A stretch of DNA of 64,000 bases from NCBI GenBank assembly GCA_025201805.1, contig MU619286.1, positions 112,678-176,677 on the forward strand, written 5' to 3'. Below are positions 25,536 to 38,299 of this stretch, in pieces (position 1 is the first letter of the stretch; every line of letters begins with the position of its first letter). Below the pieces are notes generated by a model. That model was not told where the DNA came from. It ran no database searches and saw only the letters and a program-made list of their open reading frames with translations. A program made the position numbers and the translations under genes. The DNA comes from Parasitella parasitica NRRL 2501. Its lineage: Eukaryota > Fungi > Mucoromycota.

Positions 25536-27704
25536 ATGTCTGCCAACATTAAAGTGTGAGCACCCATTACGAATATAAAGGGAAAACCAGCTAACTCGAC
25601 ATTTCCATAGTCTTGTTACGGGATCCACAAATGGAAAATTTAAGGATTTGTTTAGCAAAGCAAAGCAAATCCACGAGAAATATGGACCTTTTGATGTTCA
25701 TTTGTGCACTGGCAACTTTTTTGGCACTAATACCACAGAAGATGATATTCAGGAATTGATTAATAATAAGATAGATGGTAAAGCCATAAAAATATATTAT
25801 CTTGCATTCAACTTAACGAGAAACTTAGTTCCTCTCACAACTTATTTCATCATTGGAGATCAGCCTTTTCCTGAAACGATCAAACATCACATTGCAACTA
25901 CAGATGGCGAAGTCTGTTCCAACCTTTATTATCTTGGAAAACAAGGCGTATTAACTACATCTGAAGGGCTTAAAATTGCTTTTATTTCCGGTAAATTTGA
26001 TGAGCAATCCTCACCCACAACTTACAACAAAAGCGACGTGGAGAAACTGTGCCTCACCAAGCTACCTGCCACCTTACCTCCTGGCGTAGACTTCTTATTA
26101 TCTCATGAATGGTCGCAAGATATCACTAATTCGACAACTGCTCAGTTGACCCTCGATGACGATAAATCATCTTTGCTTATTTCAGAATTAGCAGCAGCTT
26201 TAAAGCCTAGATATCATTTTGCTGCTGCTCAAAATATATTTTATGAACGGGAGCCTTATGAAAACATTGTCAGTGGATTCGGACAAGATGAAAGACCTGC
26301 TAATCATGCTACTCGCTTTATAGGATTGGGCCAGGTTCTGAATAAGGAGAAGCAAAGGGTAAGTATGGGCAATATCAATTGAGAGCAGTAAAAGTAACTT
26401 TTGATCTAGTGGTTCTATGCCTTCAATTTAATGCCCATGTCAAAAGCGCCTACGGAAGCATTAGAGAATGTACCTGAAAACACAACCGAGTGCCCATTTT
26501 TGCCTTTATTTTCTAGTAACAAGAGAAAGCATGGAAACAGCACTGAGGATAATGGTTCATTCTTTTGGGGTGAGGACACTAAGCGTGCAAAGATAATTGA
26601 TGTACCTAGAGAGGGATATATTTGTAAGAGATGTAATATTCCTGGTCATTTTATCAAGGATTGCCCGCAAGTTGCCGCAGATTATGTATGCAATAAATGT
26701 AACGAAAAAGGTCATCATATCAGAGATTGTCTTCAAGGCGACAGCACTTTCAGCGGTGTCCCTCCTGAAGGATATGTTTGCAATATCTGTAAGCAGGCTG
26801 GCCATTTCATTAAAAATTGTCCTGATCGGCAAACAAGACAACCAAGAGGTGAACAGCCTAAACGTAAGGATTTATCTTATTGATGCTTCCAGCATGATCG
26901 GTATACTCATCCTCTTGTTTAGTGGATTCCTGCTGGTTCTGTTTAGCAAATCCTAAGGTTGAAAAACATTTGATCGTATCTATTGGTGCAGAGATATATG
27001 TAACACTGGCCAAAGGTCCTGTTATCTCGCCCAACGATAAAGATTGTAAGGTGCCTGGTATGGGACATGTCTTGTTGATCCCCATCACTCATTATCCTAC
27101 GCTCGGCAAGATCCCAACGGAATCACAAGTCGAAGTAGTTGCTGAACTTGAAAAATACAAGAGTGCAATCCGTCGTTTATTCGACCAATATGATCAGGAT
27201 ATGGTTCTATTTGAAGTCTCCAGAGATTCTTTCAGAGGCATGTCTCATGCTCACCTCCAGGTAGTGCCTGTCCCAAAATCCAAGTCAAATCAAGTTGAGA
27301 AAGTTGCTAGGGAACACGCTGCATTGACTGGTATCGATGTTATTGACCAAGTCCCTGTAAGTGTAAAAAATACTTTTTAAATCCTGCAATGATACTAAAA
27401 ATGAGCTCTAAGCAAAACCCAGAGATTCCTTATTTTAGGATGGAATTACCCAATGGCAAATCTTTAGTGCATTTGATCAAACCTAAAGAGCAATTCAATT
27501 TACAATTTGGAAGGTAGTAACGCACCGACAGGACATAGCAACTGTAAATGTAACAACGAATGTAATAGATTGGTGCTGGCTACTGTACTTGGCGCCCCTC
27601 AACGGGAGAATTGGAAGGCATGCAGTCAGACTGAGGAAGAAGAAAAGAGAGATGCTAGTCTCTTTAAGGCTGCTTTCAAACCCTTTGACTTTTCATTAGA
27701 CTAA
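25536..27704 (+). CDS. CWF19L1: CWF19-like 1 / Drn1 (pseudo-metallophosphoesterase + 3 CCHC knuckles + CwfJ)
   Basis: GPFDVHLCTGNFF, VDFLLSHEW, LKPRYHFAA..FYEREPY, TRFIGL, CWFCLANPKVEKHL, GHVLLIPITH, HAHLQVVP, FKPFDFS. Confidence 0.93.
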
Positions 27705-27867
27705 ATTTAAGAGATGATTACTGTCCCATTAATGAACAAATGTGTTAATTTTAAGAGACATTCACACAGCTTCTTGATTGTAGTTCGACAAACCCAGGAA
27801 TTTCTGGATAAATTGCTTCGTTACAGTCACAAGACACGTACATACACCTGAAAAAAGTCTTTCTTCC

Positions 27868-29592
27868 ATGTCTAGCAGTTCTTATACAAACAATATAACT
27901 ATGTCATCTATTGATGGATTTCACCCTATATTCGAAAAAAACCGTGTACCTGCATCGGCTAGTTGGGACTTGACAGAATTAGAAAATAATATACGCGAGC
28001 GAGACCATATTGAATTCCTAGCCAACAAGAGCATCGACAGACCTAATGTCGATAGACTCTATTTAGAGCCAATCCCTCTTGAACTTTGGGAGCCTTTATT
28101 GTCAAAATCAGATGTTGAAATGAAAGATACGACGCCTCCAAATGATGATAGACTTGAATTACTATCTATTAGTCGATTTGAATTTCTGTATGAATCAGAT
28201 AACGAAGCAGAAGATTCTTCAAAAGCTCCCACTGCGATATTAAACGTATCCGAGTACCGAAAACGACGGGAACAGAACTTGTCTCAGCCATTATTCATCA
28301 CACCAAGCATTGAGCCCGTAGTTAATAATAATGAGACCCAAACAACCATAGATCAAGTTCCAGCTTCCGATCAACAGCCAACTGCTGATGTGACATTGAC
28401 GATAGCACCTGCGATTGATCCTTTGGTTAAAAAACCATCAGCAACTACATTGTTTGCTAACCTTTATGATGATTCACTAATGGACACTAGTATGCTGCCA
28501 GAAGGACCAGGAGCAAAGATATACGCTTATCCTGAAAATATCATCCCCATCTTTGCAACCCCTACACAACAAAGCGAATGTGATCAGCACTTGAGAAAAG
28601 ATTTCCGCTTCTACAAAATCAACTACCAAGACTCAGTACATACCCTCAGCTTTCCTGCTAGTGCTGATATGTCCGAGTCAGGGAAAGGGCTGTTTATAAA
28701 GAAACTTCTTACAAATTTACAAGATCGTAATTTGACATTGGCCTTTGCAACCACAGATTTTAATGAAGAGTGTTTATTGTCTGACGGAATCAAACAGCTT
28801 GGCTTACGGTGCGATCGATTTTCGAATGTATTAAGAGATTGGGAAGCAGATTACGGCGTCTATGTTGAAACGAAACGTTTGAATTCTTCATCAGAATCTT
28901 TACAGCGCAGCTTCAACCAAGCTGATTTTGTTATATGTGTTGGTGCGACTATTGATAGCGACACTATTAAAAGATTACAGGCAACACCTCAGACTCCAGT
29001 CGCATGGATGATTACGGTGGGATCAGTAGAGCAACAAGTGTTCGAATTCAATGCTCAGCATCAAAAAAGATACCCTGAAATTGCAAATTTGAAAGGATTT
29101 GAGGAGCTGTTTAAAGTAGCAAATAAATGGCCAGTATATGATCAATACACCTTTCAAGAGCTGACATCCCGGGTTGCTAATCATGTCAGTGGATGGTTAA
29201 ATCTACCTGATAAATCAGTGTATCAATTTAGATCAATTGAACAACTGCCATTATCGCATTATTTTTCAAGCTTCAAGGTACAGACAGAAGAAGACGTTGA
29301 AGATATGGATATCAGCTCTGATACGGAAGACACTCAATCAGTTCGTCAGGTATTTGATCATATATGCCTTAACCTCACTTGAAATTTTGACACATTTTTC
29401 TACCCAAAACAGGTGATTTTCCCCATTTATGAGATTATCAAGAAATCGTCCAAAACAACTGCAAATGTACCCCAAACCATTTTGGATAGTTACGATCGAG
29501 AAGCCCAACTTCTCAAAGAGAAATACGATGCCGAATATAAATTATTGCTTGATAAATATAAAACCAAAGTAGTCGAATCCAATCAGGCATGA
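27868..29592 (+). CDS. Uncharacterised ~550-aa protein, weak HDA2/HDA3-like motif
   Basis: 504-codon ORF plus a spliced last exon (intron ~29350-29412); segment ADFVICVGATID...PVAWMITVGSVEQ. Confidence 0.7.
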
Positions 29593-29646
29593 ACAACACT
29601 ATATATCCATCAGCATTGATAATAATAAAAGTTGTACGTTTTATTC

Positions 29647-30206
29647 TCAAATGCGAGGAAATGTGGTTTGTCCAATAAGGCAGGCAACACGCTTCTTTTC
29701 AGGTGTAACAATTTCGGCATGCACAGTGTATTTTCCAGGAGGAATTTCCTTGGGAAGAGCGACAACTTTGTTGAAAGTTAACTCGCCTTCCGGGATAGGG
29801 CACTTCTCGTCTACCTCTTGAATTTTGTCACAAAAATCAAACTTCTTTTGAATCAATTTAACTACGCCATATTTGACAATAATTTCCACAACCGTTCCAT
29901 TGGGTACAGCCTCTGATAAGAAACCCTTAAAATCAATTTCAAGATCTTGACCTTTCACAGGTGGGTCGGGTGAAAGAGCGACATAATCAATACTATAACA
30001 TTCGTTAAATGACTCTGGTACTCTGCAGAGCTTTCTTGTACTTACGTAAGGATATCATGAACATCGCCACAATTGGTTATCAATTTTGTAGAGTCCTGTA
30101 ATATAGACCCAAAATCGTCGTCTTGAATAATAAAACCAGGTAAATAGCTGGCTTGGGACAAACCAAGAACAGCACCAAATACAAGAACTAAACTCGGTAA
30201 TTTCAT
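29647..30206 (-). CDS. NPC2: ML-domain lipid-transfer protein (NPC2 / PG-PI transfer protein)
   Basis: Signal peptide, ITNCG, LSPDPPVKGQDL, VKYGVVKLI, FDFCD, CPI, LPKEIPPGKY. Confidence 0.92.
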
Positions 30207-30886
30207 TAAATTTTTTTCAAGAGGAAAAGAGAAAAACAGAAAAACAGATGCAATAATCATTTTGTGTATCATGTACGCGGACAATCAAAAGACGGTGTAG
30301 TCGTAATAGTGATGATCATCTCAGCAGACGAATACAATAGCATCATTAGAGTTCTCAAAGAAAATAGACCTCATTACTTTTTCTTGTGGCAAGTAGCAAA
30401 TTAACCTGTCAATTTTCCTGATCGGCACAAATATCATATGCATAACAGTAACACTCGGTTTGTTTGTGTATGTTTTGCGCATTGATCTGCATTACCTATT
30501 GCACACATCCAAGTCAGTCAAGCGCGAATTCTGCAGTAAAATGTCTTGCATTTGTAAAAATCTCGATTCTCTAAGAAAAATAGCATACATACCATCTACA
30601 AGTGTTTATACCAATAGAACAGATATTCGAATTTTGTATACGCTTCCGGAATATTGTTGCATTCTGCCATGTATTTTAGTAATATTTTGCACAAAAAAAG
30701 CGTGATGTCTTAAATTCTATAGCATGTAGCTCTTGAAGAGCTACTGGAAAAATATACAATAAGCTAGCGAATACTTATTGGGCTATTCATTTAGCAGAAA
30801 AATGGAAACGCAATGCTATCAATAAATTGGGCTGTATCTCTATAATATTGATGATGTCTGTGTTCGTACGATTGGAATGTAAGGCA

Positions 30887-32045
30887 TTATTGTGTAAGTA
30901 TCTCTACTCCATTTTCATTAATGATAAGCTGTTATGTAAAATTTATCAGTATCAGTGCCTTCTAAACATGCCAAGTATTTACCGTATGTTCAAACTGTGC
31001 ACTTCTACCTCCATCTACCGTAGAAATTGTCCACTCATCCGGCCACATTACACCCGTTGCTGATCCTTGACATAAAATGGGTTCCTAAGCATAGAATATT
31101 AGTCAAATAAATATTAGTGTCAATATTTTACATACTATGGTAAATGCAGTTCCTGGTTCCATTAGACCTTCCTCATCATTCGCTATATTGTGTAAATGTA
31201 GTTTGTATTTTATCTTAGCAAAAAGAAAAACTAATATACTTACAGTGGTGATATATCAATGGTAAACTATGAAACTCTTTCCCGATACCATGTCCCGACA
31301 ACTCATCAGATACAGAGAACCCGTTCTTCATGGCTATTTCGCAGATAACCCTGCCAATCTCTTTATACGGCACGCCTGGTCCACAGATAGAAATAGCCTT
31401 ATATAATGTTTCCCGGGTACATTCCACTAATGCTTTTCCTTTTTCATCCACTTTACCAACCAAAAATGTGGCCGAAGTGTCTCCGTGATATTCATCTATG
31501 TATACAGTTACGTCTACATTGATAATATCGCCTTCTTGGAGTGGACGATCATCAGGGATGCCATGCGCAATAATATTATTGACAGATGTACAGACACTTT
31601 TAGGAAATCCCATGTAATTGAGAGGCGAAGGATAAGCTCCTTTGGCTATAATAGCCTTATGAATGGCTCTATCAATGTCTTTGGTGGTGGTACCAGGTTG
31701 ACACAAGGTTTCTCCCAAGTCCAAAATTTGCTTTGCGAGTTTCCCTGCTTTCCGCATACCTTGTGTATCTCGTTGTGTAAGTGTTGGGATATCTGGACCC
31801 CATTTCGAAGAGCTACCATCTAACGCATAATGGGGTCGTGTTATGTGAGCAGGAATTCCTTGACGTGGCATGCTTTTTACATCAATACTTGCTAAAGAAG
31901 CAGGAACAATGCGTTGGTAACTACCCCAGTGATTCATGAGCTTGGAAGCGCGGGGAAAACGTTTTGGTGCAGTTGTATGAAAGCATTTTCGTATCTCTCT
32001 TGTTAAAACTCGATGAATATCTCTTGAAAAGTAACCTATGTTCAT
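30887..32045 (-). CDS. Methionine aminopeptidase type 1, likely mitochondrial (METAP1D-like)
   Basis: [51 protein letters not shown]; basic N-terminal extension; 4 exons. Confidence 0.93.
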
Positions 32046-32278
32046 TACAGGTGATCCCAGAACTAGCCTCAAATAAAAGACCAGCTGTAAATGTAACAGA
32101 TGAAAGAAAAAATAAATAAATTGCAGGCAGAATTTGGATCTGCGATGGGGACAATCGGCGCATTAAATGGTTCACGTGGTGATGTTTGATGGCGCTGGTT
32201 TATTTGGGTACAATGTCTGTCTGTAAAATTTCAAGTATTGACAAGAGGTCATGGTTATTGTTGCTAGGTAAATATAAG

Positions 32279-32306
32279 GTTGCCATGGTTACTGTGCCAT
32301 GACTCA
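32279..32306. promoter_or_regulatory. RFX X-box plus adjacent AP-1/Gcn4-type site
   Basis: GTTGCCATGGTTAC (32279-32292) and TGACTCA (32300-32306), ~235 nt upstream of the MetAP ATG. Confidence 0.5.
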
Positions 32307-32386
32307 GCTGTCAAATGAAACATGAGGTTACTATGATATTGAAGCTTTATTACAACATTTTCGTATAAATGTTAAACCTGGGATAT

Positions 32387-34116
32387 TTATAATCGGTCAC
32401 TCAAGTCAAACACATTCCAATGGTCTAATTCTGGTGTGATCTTGATATATACAAGAAGGAATTTGAATAAATCGCCTTGAAACTATATGAAAGAAGAAGG
32501 AATTAGATGGAAAAAGCAAAAGATTAGAAACAATACTTACTGGAACAAGAGGAGGAATTGCATAAGGTTCCTTCAGACTTAAGTAATGTTGGAAAACATG
32601 CATGATGATGGTTGCGTCGGTAGGCATTCCAGTAACAGTTGGCAAGAAGCGATAGGTTTGCATTTTGCTGCTTGAGGCAAGGTCTATTTACGATATAAAT
32701 TAGCCTGTGAGTATCTTTACTGAATAAATTGCTTACCTTTAATACGCTCAACAACATAATCTCTTCCATCCACATGTGTGTAGCCATTAATATTTATGAA
32801 ATTTTCAATTTCAGGTAATCCAAAAGCAACATTTTGCTAATTTATAGCTTGTCAGTTACGTTTAAAAGCTGAATCCCTGTCGAACACTTACAACATTTGG
32901 CATTACCATTGAGAGTAATACTGTAGCTGCAGTACAATTTGCTACGGATCTGTTCTTGGGTGTAAGCATTTCATTATAGAAATCAATTGATTTTGACAAC
33001 GGGACAAAAATCCTCTTCAACAATTCCTGATTACATGGTTGACGTTAATTTCATGTTTATAACGAATTGATGCAAACTTACGCATGACATTTTATCATAG
33101 TACACACGAGAAGCACGGTCGTTATATCTGTTCCAATTTTTTTGAAGATCAATCATCTAATAAAAGTGTGTTGAACAATGAATCCACTAATAAGCCTAAA
33201 TTTAAATAGCATACCTGTTCAATTCTGAAGTCATCGATAAGTTCAGGAGTAGGTGGTGACAAAAACCATAATAATCGTTCACGATGTCTTGTTGGTTGAA
33301 GTGGAGGCTGGACGCAGGGTGTATACTTGAGCTTTGGCAACATTTTCTGCTCCTTGACAGGAATCCCAAAACAGGTGACGCTAGCTCCAGGTTCGGTGTC
33401 TTCAATATTGCCATAACGTTGTAAACCTGTCGTGGCGACTTCCACTTCATCTACTTTTGACATGACAGCTGGCTGGCTGAAGACAGATTGAAGAGAAAAG
33501 TTGGGAGCAAAGGGATTTGTAGCGGGTAGTTTCGTCGCAGGCACGCTTGACGATTGTTGGCGAGGATTACTATCTTTTAAAAACAACGAAGTGAATTGTG
33601 CATCGTCTTTCAAGCTTTGTAGAGGTGCAGTCGGTGGTTGAACGACAGGTGCTGGTTGAGCTGGCTTGTTTTGAGAAGTAAGCTCGTTAAGAAGAAATCT
33701 GAATATGTTTCTGGTGGTAATTAAGATTGGTCCAGATGCTATATCGTGATAATCGATCATTGTTTAATATTTAATTTGAATACGAGTATACATTAAGTTT
33801 ACCAAACGCAATGTTTCCAAATGGTAGATTGATTTGGCTGAGAACCAGCTTTGTTACACTGTTTGAAGTGCACCAGATATTTGCAAGACCAACAAACCCC
33901 AAAACATATTCTACAAAGTTATTAGCATCAAATTGTAGCGGAGGGAGTTGAGCCAAAGTATTTATTACCTGCAAAGATAACCAAACGGAAATTCAAAATG
34001 TACCCAAGGAGCCGAATATTCAAGACATCTGTTACATAGTTTATGAATAACATGGCAATAATCATCAACAGATTTGATTGTACAACATATGAATCGTGTG
34101 ATGAAAATGATGGCAT
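32387..34116 (-). CDS. TMEM209: TMEM209-like nuclear envelope membrane protein
   Basis: Two N-terminal hydrophobic segments, a Pro/Ser-rich middle, and C-terminal DYVVERIKDLA..MQTYRF..MPTDATIIMHVFQHYL, like the TMEM209 'Y..RIKEL...LPTD.AIIMHVF..YL' motif; multi-exon. Confidence 0.75.
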
Positions 34117-34214
34117 ATTGATAAAATTAATTGAGAACAAAGCAAGAAGAACAACAAAAACTGTGCACGCGTTTGTTTACTTCCAAAAAAAATTAACAAG
34201 CATAGGGTGACTGG

Positions 34215-34430
34215 ATATTCAGTTCAAATTGTGCCGCATGTGGCAAGTGGATGAGCCTCCAGTGTCACTGATGCATTGATTGCAAATTCTGGATGTCAGA
34301 AATTCGTCAATCAGTACGGCCAGAAGGTCACCAGCAGCTTCTCTTTTCTTGAAGCAGCGCCACATTATTTTCCAAACATTCTATTCCCAAACCCGATAAG
34401 AGAAATATGGGATCTGTTTGCACCTGTTTC
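34215..34430 (-). pseudogene. Short TnpB/Fanzor-like relic (RuvC-II and Zn-ribbon region)
   Basis: ISLIGFGNRMFGK* then MWRCFKKREAAGDLLAVLIDEFLTSRICNQC, then ATCGTI*. Confidence 0.6.
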
Positions 34431-35389
34431 CTCACAATCATTAGGTATTCGATACTATATAAAAGGTTTTAAGCTTACTTTTTACATTGCTGTCATCTAT
34501 TCTTTACTCTCTGAATGTTCCAAGATTAGAATGCTCATATTCACACTTGCTCGTTCAAAATATACTTTGAACATTTTTTTCACATTTTCGAGAGCAAAAG
34601 ACAAAGAACGGTGCCTTTATTGCCAATTGGTCAATTTTACCCAAATTACGCTTTTGATTATATCTGTTCGCATCAACAATAAACATCAAAGGCCAAAACG
34701 ATCGATACCACAAAGAGGTTCCATTGGCAAGCATTTACGAAAATGTTTACAATATGGTGATTAATGTTCCCTCAAGTATATATGGATCAAATTATTAAAG
34801 ATTAGACCACTTTTCCATACAACATACATGCAACCTTATAGAAAAACTAGAGCCCAAAATATTAGGATCTATCTATGACAACCTCAACTTGATCATAAAA
34901 ATGATTAGTATAAAAGAAATAGTTTTTTTACTGCTCAGTTTCACACAAATAACGCTAGATTTAGCCTTTTGAAAGCAAATATGCTGATGTATACCATCTT
35001 ATTGCGATGTAGGTGGTTTCTGATGCTCTCTCCCGAGTAATCTAAATATTGATTTCTGTTCGTGCGCTACTAATCAAATTTTTAAATGTCTAATTGAATA
35101 CAGATTCGGACCAAGTCATTGGTGGTTGCTTCTTATTCATATTTTTTTGAACTATTGATTAAGGTGAGTGTAACCCGATATGGAAGTAGTTGATTTACAT
35201 ACACAACTAGAGTGATTTTCTTTATGAACTTGCATTCTGATTTATATTCAGCCAAATTGTCAATGTTTTCAACGTTTTCTTCCAATGCGGATGATGACTA
35301 CGAAATAAAAACATCAGCACTAAATTCACCCTCATTTGATAAATGTTTATACCGCCGCACTGAATAAAGATTCAATGAATCACATATAT

Positions 35390-37825
35390 AACTTGAGTAA
35401 TTTTGTCAGTTTAAAAAAAATAAATGTCGTTAGTAAAATAATGAATGTCGTTTGGCAAAAAAAAATGCCACTAACCTAAGAAAAATATCTGTTAGCTCAT
35501 CAATTATTGTCGTTTAGGATTCAAGAGTACGTTCCTGCATTAAAAGCATTAACCTTGGTGGAAAGTTGTCCTGAGAAAATTGTCGGTTGTCTGCCTGTCT
35601 CCCTCAAGGAGATTAAAATCCTTCTGAAGTTTAATACAGCTGCAAGATCTCGATTCCATAGTCGGTTTTCATTGCTTGAATACATACTGCTTCGACATCT
35701 TGAAGAAGGTTAGTCTTCATGATCCACTGTTACGTGAGTATATATTTTTTCTTTTTACCTTGTTAGGCCATGACACTTTACAGTGGGCATTTTGTGCTGT
35801 TGATATGGGTATAGGGTTTCGGATTGTTTAAACTTTTAATCAAGCTTGCCACCACAGCTTGGGCAGAGGGTATATGTTTTGTATTCGCCAATGAGATAAA
35901 CTTTAAAACCATTCTTTTGCGGCATCTTGACTGGAGGCTCTTTTCGGGAGGTATCGCAGTTCTGTTTAATGATACGGGCACCAACTCCATCAGTTTCAAG
36001 AGTACCTTTGAAGCTTAAGGACCCTTGCTTTTTAAAAGTCTTGATTCTAAGATTGACTATAGATCCCCAGTTTTCGAGTTGACTTCTTGGCATCAAAGGT
36101 TTCTTGCTTTGAATAATATGATAGTGGATAATCTTGTTATCCAACGTCATGTAGCAAGGAATAAACGTCGTTCTTAATGGGAAACAAAAAAATTGCTTTA
36201 GCTGCACCGATTCAAACAATTCAGCAAGTTTAACAAAGGCTTTGAAGTGGTTTTCTGGATTAGCGTTTACATCGTAGAAGATTGAGACTATTTTAAACTT
36301 GTAATTTTCTAGGTATGCCGACAAGAAAGTTAGTACTTTTGGTTTTGATGATTCATTCAAAATATCAATGTTGGGCATGCCTTTTTTGGCTACAGCATGT
36401 ATAACTTGGTTACAGGGATTGCAAGCCTTTTGTCGTATCGCTTCTTTAATAGCTCCTTCACTAAACGCATTGGACGCCATTCCTTTACGGATGGTATCCG
36501 CTCTTTCTTTTTTTTTTTTTTCACAGAGCTTATTTAGTAGAGTTCGCAATCTATTTCCAAAATGGTCTTGATGCACTCATATAGTGCTATCTGTTGAGCA
36601 TTCACCAGTTTGATTGGAGTATATTTCGTGTATTCCAAGTAAGATTGTTGTTATTTTGCTATGAACTTCCTGTATTCCGCAGTCGTGTCTTTAAGCTTAA
36701 CAGACCTGCGGGTAGTATTTTGGGCAATCAGAGATAAGTACAGTTCCACAAAGAAGTCTTTTCGTACAAATTCATTTTAAGTTGAAATTGCTGTTCGTAG
36801 CCAGCTCTTTCAAGGTTATGTATTTTGAAAAAGCAAATGCGTAGCCTTCTTGTATTTTACATACAAAACTTTGTAAAAAAATTCTATACTTTTACATTAA
36901 ATATTAAGTCCTAGAATGTGTTAATATTAAGACTAAAGACCCGAAACCAGGTTATTTAATTGTAAATAGTTACTAATAACCTTTATTTTAATTGTCCTGG
37001 GGAAGAATTGAACTTCTTCTGTGAGTGATAACTGCATGAGTAGTATTCACTAGATTATACAATGGCTGCAAAAATTCTGGTTTCCATATATTTTTGATCG
37101 TCGTTTTCACTGTCATCACCTTTTTTCTTGTTTTATCATCAAAGCTTTTCGTTGCAGAACCAGGCTTGATAGCAGTAGAGTCAGACTTGGAAGCAGTAAC
37201 ATTGGGTACATTCATGAAACTATCTGGTTGTGTAGTCTTGCTTGATTCACCTATCATTGGACCTTGAGCATTGGTGTTACGAAAGCCGATCTTGCTTGTG
37301 CTACCAATTTCGTCTTTGGCCCTCTTTCTTGCTTTGTTTACCTATGTAATGGGTGTTTAAAATGCTATGAATCTTCAGTACTTATGAATATAATGTGCTA
37401 ATACATACTTCTTTTTCTAAAGGTTACTGATGGCTGAAAACCATCGTCTGAATTGTCGGTTATAATTTTTTCATGTGTCTACCATCATAGCTTAAATTAG
37501 TAACGTTTTGATCAGAAATTAATATGTATCTTTACCGTTTCTGTTCTTAATAGACTCCTCTTCAGAGCAAGAAGTAAAAGAATCCTTCCGACTTTTCGTC
37601 ATATGTACTTTTCTAAAGGGAATAGACAAAAAATATTTATGGAGGATATATATGCAATGTAGGTACTTGTAACGATAATATGTGCTTTTGAATATGGCAA
37701 TTATTTTTGTCGAAATCGACATTTAATTTTGAGGAAACATCATTTATTTTTTTCCAATGGATGTTTATATTCAATAAACGCCATTTGTTTTTACAAAATG
37801 GACAAAATTTACAGGTTGCACTGTA
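35390..37825 (-). mobile_element. DNA transposon carrying a disrupted Fanzor1 (TnpB-derived) gene, with imperfect terminal inverted repeats
   Basis: Left end GTAATTTTGTCAGTTTAAAAAAAATAAATGTCGTT (~35397) versus the reverse complement of the right end GTAAATTTTGTCCATTTTGTAAAAACAAATGGCGTT (~37776-37812). The right end closes with CACTG|TA, which is Tc1/mariner-like. Confidence 0.55.
35521..37490 (-). pseudogene. Fanzor1-like nuclease pseudogene
   Basis: TVKTTIKNIWK, AFAFSKYITLKEL, CFPLRTTFIPCYMTLD, FKGTLETDGVG, NGFKVYLIGEYKTYTLCPSC, RLWNRDLAAVLNFRRIL. Stops, frameshifts, a ~175-bp insertion (~36843-37020), an intron (~37343-37408), and no RuvC-I segment. Confidence 0.8.
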
Positions 37826-38299
37826 TACAATTCACTATTTACCCACGCACACTGGCTTTAGCCCCTTGATCTGGCTTCAAGCCCTATAGAATGTTATTGA
37901 TATATCAGGCTGCTGGCACTCTGTATGTCGAAGAGACAAGAATATTTCCGTATAAAGGACAATATTTCCTTGATTTCTACTTTTTCGAAGTTATATGCCT
38001 CTTCGTTGAATGGGTTGGCAGGCAAAAATACGATATCAAGAAAACTGGCTACTTGTGCTTTGGAGACTATAAACATGCTCCTGGACCATACAGAAAGATT
38101 GCCTTTACTATTACCTAAACCCACTTGATTTTTCGTGCACACTTTTGTGATCTTCGTTATATGATTTTTTTTTCTTGATTGAATATCTTTTGTACAGTAT
38201 ATGAATGGGTAGGTATTAATTTTGTAGATGGAGATCACCTTTGGCTCCATAGGAGTCTCCTTGTAGAAGATCATTGAAGAACATAATCCAAACTCAAAA

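Noticed and set aside
34950-35150. Possible Tc1 HTH remnant on the minus strand (ATTNDL, ESIRNHL)
   Set aside because: Too degenerate to support.
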